This document shows, one piece after another, positions 18,318 to 27,900 of a DNA stretch of 33,706 nt (its first letter is position 1; each line of letters begins with the position of its first letter). The stretch lies in the IMG/VR virus record IMGVR_UViG_3300014886_000120; one strand, given 5' to 3'. The notes under the pieces were generated by a model. It made no database searches, was not told the origin of the DNA, and saw nothing but the letters and a program-made list of their open reading frames with translations. A program made the translations under genes and the position numbers. The stretch comes from a virus (lineage: Duplodnaviria > Heunggongvirae > Uroviricota > Caudoviricetes).

Positions 18318-21300
18318 AAAATGGATGTTAGATGAGCTAGCTGTTCCTGAATATATAGCTAGGGAACTGACAGCTAAGTATATGGAATATGTAAAAGAAC
18401 CCAAACCATTTGTAATGCAAGCTCACTATATTGGAGATTCTCAACATGTAGACTTTAGATTTAAAGTAAATGGCTTTTTAGAAGGCTGGTCAGTACATCC
18501 CAGAGAGAGAGTGCTAGTCTGGTCCTCGAAAGGCATAGAAGCTCCAACGCTTGAGGAACTATTTTCAAGATTCAAAAATATAGAAAAGATAAATGGCTAT
18601 GAGATGGTTAGACCATCTTACTATAAAGCTCTAGCTTTCAAGGGAGGTATAGGATACTGGGTTCCAATTACAGCAATAGTCAGACATAGATATAAAGGAA
18701 AGATCTTAGAGCTTGATCAAAAGTGGGGTGTAATAAAAGTCACTCCAAACCACTCTGTCTATTCTCAGGAGTGTACTCCAGCTAAGGCTTCATCCAACCC
18801 TGAGATCCTTGGTATCAGAAACATCTCTTATTCTCCAAGAGGAGACTCTATCAAGCTCCATGCCCGAGGTCTATTTCAGAATGGTGATAAAGTACAAGCA
18901 AGAAGAAGCTTTATACCTTTACCAATTGAGCTGAGAGGTAAGCAGCTAAAAGCTTTCTTATATTTCCTTGGAGCTTTTATTGCAGAGGGATGTGTTCATA
19001 AGAAAACTGATGGAAGCTATCTAGTTCAAATTGGTAATAATAATCTTGACTTCCTTAAGAGAGTTCAACAGTCTATCTCTGATTCTCTAGGGATTACATC
19101 CTGGATATCAGGACCAGACTCAAATGGAACGTATACTCTAGGAATGTCCAATAAAACCCTCTATTACTACTTGAAGAACAATGTTGGAGCAAGTTCTCTA
19201 GAGAAACGAATTCCTCCAGACGTTCTAGCTCTAAAGTAGGACTGTCTAAAGGTACTATGGAAGTCTCTTTGGGAGGGAGATGGGTGTGATAAATGGAAGT
19301 CATTTTCAACCAGCTCGGAGGAGCTAGCTATTCAAGTATGTTTCCTGCTTGGATTGTTTGGTAGTAACTTCACTGTGAAAAAAAGTGTAGATCCCAAGAG
19401 TAGGCATTATATCTACAATATTCTTTTAGTGGACCATTATCATCTAAACAAAGCAGAACGTAAAATTGGAGAGATAGATTTTGAAGGGTATGTATATGAC
19501 CTCTCACTTGAGCCTCTTCATAACTTTGCCTGTGGTCTTGGCTTGGTAGTTTGCCATAATAGTATTGTCGGAGGTTCCAGAGATGATCCCCATACTCCTC
19601 AAAAGTTCCTAGAGAATATAGGAAAAGGGTTTAGAGCTGAGACTAAGTGTGTTAATCCATTCTGTAATGAATGGAAGTATGAGCTAATAAAGGTAGAGAA
19701 TGGCATAGTTTATGTTAGATGGAAGACAGAGGAAGAACTATCCAGTCTTACTATGGAAGAGCTAGCTCGCCAGCCTTTACAGTGGCTAAAAGTAGAAGGT
19801 AAAGTAGAACCTGGAGAGGTAGGTGCTGGAGAAGAAGCTCCAGGTGAGTTTAAGATTCTTACTAAAGGCTTACTAATAACTGGAGCTCAAAAGCCATACT
19901 TCCATGAATATTTCATTAAAGACAACAAGTACTTCAAAGACTGGACCAGAATAGTCCTAAGAGCCATTAAGGTTAAGAAGATAGACCCTAAGACTAAGAA
20001 GCCTATACCTGGAGAATATGAACGTATGTGGAGATTTATGATACCAAAAGATCAGAAGCCTTATGCATTAAGCAAAAGAGCTATAGAGCATAAATGGAAG
20101 CCTCCTCAAAACATCAAGTATCCATTCCCGAAAGAATGGGCTAAGAAGAACTGGCCTAAAGAGTTTGAGAGATGGGAGCTTTACCTTAGAGGTGAACTAT
20201 CTGAACTTACCACTGTCAGGTTTACATTGGGTCTAGCTAGCTGGATGGGGCCTAGGGCTAAGACTGGAAGACAAATGCCTCAGATGAGATGGTTCCTCTT
20301 CCTGGATGACAAGGGTAAAGGAAAAGTAAGGACATTCCTGTTGGATGGATATCCACTAAAGGATGAGATAATGGCAGCTTATGAATATCCAAGAACTTCC
20401 AGGAAATGGCTGGACTATCAAGGTGAGACTGAACCTAACACACCCCCTGTTAACCCAAATAAAGAGCTGGTTGGCCAGTATGTCATAATAGACAGTGGAA
20501 CCGTAAGCTACACTACAAGAACTGAAGATGGAGAAGAAGTGATAGAGCTAGACTTTAAGGGTAAACGTCTGAAAGGGAAATATCAGCTGAAGCAAGAAGA
20601 GAAGGGAGCTGATGTATACATATTTGAAAAGCTATCGGCCCAGGTCAGCATGGCCCAGGGAGTGTTTGTTCTTGACAAGCACTACTGGCCTGAAACGTCC
20701 AAGGAATATCACCTGGACCTTAGATTCAAGCTTCCAGAATGGGACTACCTAAAGGAGTTTAACATATGGGAAGCTAAAGGTGTGGACGATTTAAAGAAGC
20801 TTGAGGTTCCATACCCAGCTAGACTCAAGGAATGCAGTGACCTTGAATGGTTGAAGGTAAAGAAAACTGGTACCAGAATGAAAGCTTATGGTAAATGGTC
20901 CATAGCTGAGACTATAGATCATGGAAGCATAGAGATAATAGAAGATAGTCCTAGATTCATGTCCTTTAACATCAATGGAAAGAAGCTTAAGGGATACTAC
21001 ATAGCTAGGAAAGCAGATGGTCTATGGCAGTTCATGAAATCCAAGCTACCTAAACCTCTGTCTATATTTGAGAAGATGTATGAGATATTTGGTAAAGAAG
21101 GAGATCCAAGAGAAGGTAAACCATATGAACCATTCAAGATAGAGCAGAAGAGAGGATGGAACTACTTCATAGTCCATATTTATGACCTAAGAAAGTTTAC
21201 CAGAGTAGAACCAAGTGAAAAGACCAAGCTATACCTTCCTGAGCTAGACATACCTGAAGGAGTAGACATAGGGATAGGCCTTTATCCTCGTCCAGGAAAG

Positions 21301-21432
21301 ATACATGGAGCTAGAGTAGCCTACATAATATTTGACTCATCCAAGTGGACCCATGAACAAGCTATAAGATTTATTAGAGACAAGAAGCTTGATACATGGG
21401 AAGGAGAACAAATCAGGAGTAAGAGGAAATAG
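18298..21432 (+). CDS. Protein with three tandem LigD 3'-phosphoesterase (PE)-like domains plus a C-terminal domain; contains an intein and one in-frame TAG at 19237-19239 (joins ORF-track entries 18298-19239 and 19354-21432)
   Basis: Both ORFs share one frame (offset 1056 nt = 352 codons). PE motifs FVMQAH..HVDFR..GW|S and FVLDKH..HLDLR; LKVEGKVEPGEVGAG; IDSGT/IDHGS; GKRLKGKY/GKKLKGYY. Confidence 0.75.
18490..19560 (+). mobile_element. Intein with LAGLIDADG endonuclease (357 codons), interrupted by an in-frame TAG
   Basis: N-terminus SVHPRERVLV; block-B-like IKVTPNHSVY; FLGAFIAEG and LWKSLWEGDG; C-terminus VYDLSLEP.HNF...VCHN followed by +1 Ser. Confidence 0.88.
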
Positions 21433-21434
21433 AG

Positions 21435-21764
21435 TTGAATGCTATAAGCTGGATTAAACAAGTAAAGAAGTACATGAAGAAAATAGAGGAAGCTTCACCT
21501 AAGGACAGGTTAGGTTATATGTCAGAGATAGACAGATGTAACAAAGCTATATTTGCCTCTACTCAAGGATGGGAATACTGGCTATCCAATCCTACCATCA
21601 TAGACCAGTTCACTAAGGAAGAGCTTGAAGAGATGCTTGATGAGTTTAGGGAGCTAGCTCTACAGTTCCTAAGGAACGACATTAAATGGACAGAGCATTT
21701 ACTGGGCAAGGCTCAGATGTCAAAGCTAAAGTCTAGCTCTAGCTCCAGAAGATACATCACATAA
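21435..21764 (+). CDS. DUF2153-like conserved archaeal protein
   Basis: Pattern DRL.Y..EI..C..AI..S..GW..WL.NP.I...F.KEELEE......RELA..FL..DIK.T recognised from memory as DUF2153. Confidence 0.7.
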   Translation: MNAISWIKQVKKYMKKIEEASPKDRLGYMSEIDRCNKAIFASTQGWEYWLSNPTIIDQFTKEELEEMLDEFRELALQFLRNDIKWTEHLLGKAQMSKLKSSSSSRRYIT

Positions 21765-21774
21765 GCTTTAAATA
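21763..21774 (+). promoter_or_regulatory. Candidate archaeal TATA box AAGCTTTAAATA
   Basis: About 40 nt upstream of ATG 21813, with a GAGGTG RBS in between. Confidence 0.55.
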
Positions 21775-21812
21775 ACATGTGTAAGTATATAACATAAAGA
21801 GAGGTGTAAGGT

Positions 21813-22472
21813 ATGCCAATAACAAGTTCAGATTTGTGGTTTAAGTATACAGGTACTGGCTCTACAACCAACCCAGAACAGTCTCTTGGTGGAAGCTTGA
21901 ACCCTAACACTATACCTTCTGGGGTAGCTAACAATGTGTTTGATGATGTAACTGGTCAAGAGTCTCAGTCTGGAAACATCAACCACTACAGGGCTATAGG
22001 TATCCACAACACTCTTACAACTCACATCTGGATGAACACTTCTATCAGGGTTGATGGATATGAGAGAGCTTCAAACACATTTGACATCATCTACTTTGGA
22101 GTAGAAAGACCTCAGGGTACTGAAGGTAACCCAGACGGTACTATCCAGACCATTTCATCTGAGACAGTGGAACCATCTGGTATCACCTGGACTGAAGAAG
22201 GTAATCCTTCTGCTTGGGTTCAAATCTCAGGAGCAGATTACGTTGGTTCTATAGGTCCTGATGACTGGGCAGGTATATGGCTAAAAAGAACTATACCTCC
22301 TGGAGCTGAAGCCTACAACAACAGGAGCTGTACTATACGGGTTCAGGGTGAGACCTCAGCTTCACCTTATGTCTATCCAGTCTCAGTTGTCTTTACGGTC
22401 AACTGGACAAGGAACGGTCTAAGCATACAGAGAGCATTCGATAGGAGATTGATAGCTAGAATAGTGAACTAG
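21813..22472 (+). CDS. Putative virion structural protein
   Basis: N-terminal MPI.SSDL.FKY...SLGG...NVFDDV...E...G...YR and later GIWLKR.IPPGA motifs of a family common in tailed-virus structural modules. Confidence 0.6.
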   Translation: MPITSSDLWFKYTGTGSTTNPEQSLGGSLNPNTIPSGVANNVFDDVTGQESQSGNINHYRAIGIHNTLTTHIWMNTSIRVDGYERASNTFDIIYFGVERPQGTEGNPDGTIQTISSETVEPSGITWTEEGNPSAWVQISGADYVGSIGPDDWAGIWLKRTIPPGAEAYNNRSCTIRVQGETSASPYVYPVSVVFTVNWTRNGLSIQRAFDRRLIARIVN

Positions 22473-22473
22473 G

Positions 22474-22887
22474 ATGAAGCTACACTTCCCGGAGCTTCAA
22501 CCATTTATTTCAGGCTTAGGCCTCAATATCAACAGGATGACTATCAGGGAGTACATCAAAAATATCCTGAAATATTTTTTGTTACTTATCCTATTGGGAG
22601 TATACCTCATATACAAACAGCTGAGTAAGGTTCAGGGCATGGCATTCTCCTATGGTATCCTTAAAGCTTGTAAGAGATGTGTGTATGGCAAAAGTAGAGA
22701 AGCATTAATAATCATCAGTGGAACTGGATATAGCAGGGATGGTGAAGCTTTAATAGTGATGAACTATAGGCATAGGAACTGGTACAGAAGGGGTGAGTGT
22801 TTAGGGTTTACCAGGTGTGGCAAGTGCTTAGCAAAGATAGACAATCCCTCACTAGATTTACCATGCAAGTGGAAGAGGCTGAGGTGA
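22474..22887 (+). CDS. Hypothetical protein with Cys pairs (CKRC, RCGKC) and a hydrophobic segment; start uncertain (possibly 22639)
   Basis: Fills the gap between neighbours; possible Zn-binding Cys. Confidence 0.5.
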   Translation: MKLHFPELQPFISGLGLNINRMTIREYIKNILKYFLLLILLGVYLIYKQLSKVQGMAFSYGILKACKRCVYGKSREALIIISGTGYSRDGEALIVMNYRHRNWYRRGECLGFTRCGKCLAKIDNPSLDLPCKWKRLR

Positions 22888-22892
22888 AGTAG

Positions 22893-23402
22893 ATGCCTCT
22901 GGATATTGACAAGGTAAGATTTGCAGTCTCACATAACTTGAGTATAGTATATGAAAGACACGTAGAGGTAAATAGAGATTACATAGCCCAGAAGCTTTCT
23001 GAGATAGATACTGATGCTATTCTCCAAGAGGAAGCTTCAAGGTTTACTATCTCTGTTTTATCCGATATAGATCTTGATGACATAAGGAACAATAGAAAGA
23101 AACCGTTATCATCTAAAAGGGAGCTTGAGAAGTTTAAAGAGCTAATCCAGCAAGGAGGTACAGCATATTACGTTTATTATACAAGTCCTACCGGTATCCC
23201 TGGTAAAATGTTTCAGTGGCATATGCCAGGAGAACCAGGATTCAAGCCTATCTTGAAGTCAAAAGCTCATGACATAGCTCAAGCACAAGTTGATAGAATA
23301 GCTGAAATAAATGCCAGAGTAAGAGTGGCAGCTCATATAACTAGGGAAATCCTGGAGGGATTAAAGAGTGGAAGATTGGGGGAGATGGATATCTTTACCT
23401 GA
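22893..23402 (+). CDS. Hypothetical protein
   Basis: GAGGTGA RBS; ORF of 169 aa. Confidence 0.7.
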   Translation: MPLDIDKVRFAVSHNLSIVYERHVEVNRDYIAQKLSEIDTDAILQEEASRFTISVLSDIDLDDIRNNRKKPLSSKRELEKFKELIQQGGTAYYVYYTSPTGIPGKMFQWHMPGEPGFKPILKSKAHDIAQAQVDRIAEINARVRVAAHITREILEGLKSGRLGEMDIFT

Positions 23403-24561
23403 TAGGCCTAGAGGAATCATATATGCTAACGATAAGATAATTGGGGGTACCCTGTACTCTGAGGGTGGAAGAGATTCAGCTATGAACAGATACAGTGACC
23501 TATATGCCTATGATATAGCTGCAGGAGCTTGGTCAACCCTTTCATCATGTCCCCAGATAGGAGATGCTGGTATAGCTGCTTCATTAGAACCTCAGTCTTT
23601 GTATGTACACACTGGGTATCCTGATGGATACTATTTCTATAAGTATGACATTCCAAATGACACCTGGACACAGAAAGCTGATCTACCAACTTACAGATGG
23701 GACGTCGTGGGAGGAGAAGTTAATGGAACTTTATATGTTATAGGTGGAAGTAGGAACCAGACATCTCCTAGATATGAAAATGAAGCTTATGATTATGAAA
23801 ACAATACATGGATTACCAAGACTAGTGTCCCTTATCCTACTCATAAGGGAGGATCCTGTGTTAATGGCAACAGTATTATTGTGATAGGTGGATGGAACAC
23901 TGATTCAAGCTTGCAACGTACCATTCAAATTTATGATACAACCTTGGATTCATGGGATACAAGTAGAACATTTCCTCCAGACAATTATGGAGAAGCTAAG
24001 GACTTAGCTCTTTCATGGAAACCCTTAGATGGAGTCGTTTATGTTATTAAGACTTTCATTTATGCTAATGATGAAGTGGGAGTATGGCCTTATACTTTAG
24101 CTTCTGACTCATGGGACTGGCCAGTACCTAGACTACATCCTTTCTTAGAGCTATTCCACAAGTCTAGGTTTGCAGATGTATACAAAGGTACTATTTATCA
24201 TGTTGGAGGTTCTACATGGGATCCTGACAGGTCAAGTACAAAAGAAACCCCTCACTTCTTTGCCTTTGATCCTAGACATTTTGTAATAGAGGAAGTCACA
24301 GCTACTCCTAGCTCTGTAGAAAGACCTGGCTCTAACTCTGTCCAGCTCAAATGTGTATGGCATGATATTGAAGATCTACCTGCTGGCAGCTATGCAGTTA
24401 ATTTCTGGTTAAGAGATGAACTAGATAATATGCTTGGACCATTTGGAGCTACTACTTACGTTAAGACAGGAACAATGAGATATTATGCTTACACTTATAT
24501 TGATCCACCTGATACTTGGAACCTGGGTAAATATGATGTGAAAGCCAAGGTGAGCAAGTGA
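23368..24561 (+). CDS. Kelch-repeat beta-propeller with C-terminal Ig-like domain
   Basis: Repeated GG...Y.YD....W motifs (YAYDIAAGAW, YKYDIPNDTW, LYVIGG..EAYDYENNTW, IIVIGGW..QIYDTTLDSW); GGAGG RBS with GTG start. Confidence 0.85.
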   Translation: MEDWGRWISLPDRPRGIIYANDKIIGGTLYSEGGRDSAMNRYSDLYAYDIAAGAWSTLSSCPQIGDAGIAASLEPQSLYVHTGYPDGYYFYKYDIPNDTWTQKADLPTYRWDVVGGEVNGTLYVIGGSRNQTSPRYENEAYDYENNTWITKTSVPYPTHKGGSCVNGNSIIVIGGWNTDSSLQRTIQIYDTTLDSWDTSRTFPPDNYGEAKDLALSWKPLDGVVYVIKTFIYANDEVGVWPYTLASDSWDWPVPRLHPFLELFHKSRFADVYKGTIYHVGGSTWDPDRSSTKETPHFFAFDPRHFVIEEVTATPSSVERPGSNSVQLKCVWHDIEDLPAGSYAVNFWLRDELDNMLGPFGATTYVKTGTMRYYAYTYIDPPDTWNLGKYDVKAKVSK

Positions 24562-24562
24562 A

Positions 24563-24937
24563 ATGAGTAAAGATACGGTTAGATGGAAAGATCCACATAC
24601 TGGCAAAGTCTATTACAGGAAAGGAAAGTGTAATCACTGTGGAGGATGTTGTACCACATTTTGTCCTCATCTTCGTATAGTAGCTCTTAGGGACATAAAG
24701 AAAGGAGAGAGCTTTAAGGGAGTAGGTGACAGCTCAGGGAATATCATCATGTTATGTGACATATTTGACAAAGATATAACTGTGAATACTGGATGTGTAA
24801 GAGGATGTAGCTTAGAGGTAAGGAAGAGCTTCCCCAAGACTCCCCTGGTTACTCCAGAATGTTGTTCGTTTTACTGGGTTGATGAAGAGGGTAAGAAATG
24901 GGTAAGAAAAGACTACTCTATGGGAGTCTTGGAGTAG
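24563..24937 (+). CDS. YkgJ/FliB-like Cys-cluster (CxxCGxCC) protein, putative Zn or Fe-S binding
   Basis: CNHCGGCC...CPHL...CDIF...C...C...FP...CC. Confidence 0.7.
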   Translation: MSKDTVRWKDPHTGKVYYRKGKCNHCGGCCTTFCPHLRIVALRDIKKGESFKGVGDSSGNIIMLCDIFDKDITVNTGCVRGCSLEVRKSFPKTPLVTPECCSFYWVDEEGKKWVRKDYSMGVLE

Positions 24938-27900
24938 ATCCAACTTACTACCTGAGTAATTCTGGTACTGGATATTCTAGTCTATGGAAGTTAGTAGAGA
25001 CAGCTCCTAGTAGTGCAGATGATACATCTTATGTAACTTTTCCTAAGGATCAAACCGGATATATGAAGGTAATCCCAGGAACTGAAAACACTACTATAAC
25101 ATCAGACTTACCAGCTACTTTTGATCAGTATGGATGGAGAACTGACTCTACCCTTAATGGTACTTTCCAGTCTGGTAACTGGACTTTTTATGTTACTATT
25201 ATAACAGGCAAGTATGTTACTGGAAACGTTACTGTATATGCTAGATTATGGAAGTCATCCAATGCTGATGGTTCTGGAGCTACTGCTCTTACTTCATGGT
25301 TGACTATAGCAACCGTCAGCTCTCCAGCAGCCAGTACAACTTATAATCTAAGTGGGACTGCCTCCATAGGAGAACTGAGCTTTTCTAATGAATATCTGTT
25401 TGTTGAATATGCCCTAGGTACCACCAGTGCTTGTGGAAGTGCTGTGGGATGTGAAGTAACTTTCAGATGTAATGAAGGTTCAAACCAGAGAATAGACACA
25501 GCAGCTTTCCAGGCTATTGAGATAGTTTCAAGATTATTAGGGTTATTATATAAAGTAATCTCATACCAGAAGATTTCCAAGCTTCTAAGCTTGATATTTA
25601 GTATCTTAGCAGCTGTTTCCGTAATCTCTTCATTCTCAGACAACCTGGACAAGTTTATACTCACCCTTCAGAAGGTGGGGAAAGCATTAGTTGCAGCATG
25701 TAGGGACAAGAAGCTAACGTTCAGAAATGTTGGATCATTCAAGCTAACCAATTGGCAGTATAGGAAGAGTCATGTGGTTAATTCAGCTTCTGGAGCTGGT
25801 ACTGGATACAAAGTTGCCGTTACAACTTTCTATTCTTCTGGAACTGACAATGGAGGTACAGTTTACCTCGATGGAAAGTGCAACAGTGACTTTTCAGATA
25901 TTAGGTTTACAAAAGCTGATGGGTTTACTCAGCTTAACTACTGGATAGAAGATAAACAAGACAGTGACTATGCCAAGTTCTGGGTAAAAATAGACGATGA
26001 TCTTAGTACTTCTCCTGCTACTATTTACATGTATTATGGCAACCCAGATGTACCAGGAGATTTGAGTAATCCATATAACATCTTTGAGTTCTTTGATGAC
26101 TTTGATGGAGAAAGCCTAGATACATCTATCTGGCAATATGAGCTCCATAGGTTCTCAGTGTCCAATTCTATCCTTAAGGGTACATTTGGATATCATCAAA
26201 TAAGAACTAAAGATACATTTGGTGATGTGGAAGTAAGAGTAAAATGGAGATTTACCTCTGGCGGAAGAGGACATATTGGCTTTAGACAAACTGCAGATGT
26301 ATATACTAGTCCAAGAAGACATAAAGGATATCATGTTAGCTTCTATAAGCCTGAGGATAATACTAAGTTAAGAGTATGGCCTGGTCAAGCTCAAGCACCA
26401 ACTGATCAGACTGGAACTTTTCCATCTACTGCTAACACTTGGTATATTGGGTACATTAGGGGATATGGAAGTACCATCTCAACACAGATAGCTCCTGGAG
26501 CTGATTATCTGTCAACTATAGATTCAACTATGTTATCCGGAGAGGTAGGTTTAGGAGTTGATGCTTTTGCTGATGAGCTGAGTGATTATGTGGAGTATGA
26601 CTGGATAGCTATTAGGAAATATGTGGAACCTGAACCTTCACATAGCACATGGGGAACAGAAGAGGAGAGAACTGGAATCTTCTATTCTGGCTCACAAATG
26701 GCCAGTCGATTCTCTGCTATTCTGTATGGTACCGGAGGAATAGTGAAGAGATATATGGTTTTGATTTATTCTGTTCTTCTTGGTGTTACGTATGCATCTA
26801 AGCTTTTAGCTGTCAAGTTTAGCTCCATATCTAGAAAGTTCAAGATGTGTGTCTCTAGGTTCTCTATCCATAATTTAACAAGCAAGGCTGGTGCACTTCA
26901 GTACAAGTTGTATAACCTAAGAGCTAGAGATGTTGTTTCTCTCCACTCTTTAAAGAAACTTGCATTTAGGAACTCAGTAGCTTTACACAATCTCTTAGCC
27001 ATTAAATATAGGTACCTTGACATGGCTCATAAGATAAGGACTTTATCTGGAAGACTTTTATCTTTTCTCCATAGCCTTTTCAGCTTTAGGTTCAGAGAGC
27101 TCAGTCTTTTATACCGGATACAAGCTCCTTTCCAGGCTGTATCTAAACAAATTACACTCTTGTACTTCCTCTTTAAGAAACAATTTAGAACCTCATCATT
27201 GGCTTATTCTATTAGAGCTTTAGCTTTCAAATCATTCTCACTGTTATATACCACTCGTTCTATTTTACACAGAGCCATCAGCCTCTTGGTTAATATCAGA
27301 AGTCTAACACTTTTAGCTTTCCATTTCAAGTACGTCTTAAGAGTGGCAATACTCCGAGCTGTCTCAATTGTATATTCAATAGAGAGGATCCAATCCCTAA
27401 CTTTAGGAATAAGGTATTCCATTCTTAATATAATATCCAGACTTTCAGCTCTAAAGTTTTCACTGTTTAAGCTAGCTGGGAAACCTCTATCTTTGGTCTT
27501 CAGCTTATCCAATCTTGTTTGGAAGCTATCAACCATCAGATATTTGCTTTCTGGCCTAGTACATAGAACATCTGGTTTGAGGTATTCTATTCACACTCTT
27601 GTTTCCAGGTTTTCAGTAGTCTCATATATACTTAATAGGTTAACATCAAGAGTTGCAATACTCAAGTTTAGTCTATCCTCTATCAGCTCAAAGATACTCT
27701 CTATTGTTTATTCAATAGCTCTAGCTTATCAGACAGTCTTTAGAACTATGAGCTTTCTCTACTCTATACTGAGAACTACCTTTAGAAGGTTCAGCTCAAG
27801 GTATGCCCTACTTAGTATAGTATCTAGAAACATTGTCTTACCATATGATTTGAAGTCTCTAGCTTCAAGAACTATATCTCTCGGATATAGTATTCTAAGG

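Noticed and set aside
19354-21432. Independent gene starting at TTG 19354
   Set aside because: It begins mid-intein without a clear RBS, and the upstream in-frame sequence continues the LAGLIDADG domain. Kept only as the split-intein alternative.
115-22472. Genome-wide TAG reassignment (alternative genetic code)
   Set aside because: TAG ends at least seven genes (115, 3343, 11802, 12211, 13464, 21432, 22472), several followed directly by an RBS or the next start. Long ORFs are otherwise free of internal TAG; only 19237 is internal.
14306-27536. Minus-strand ORFs inside the + strand genes (e.g. 14837-15235, 15875-16339, 25341-25664, 27204-27536)
   Set aside because: Antisense shadows with no independent signals.
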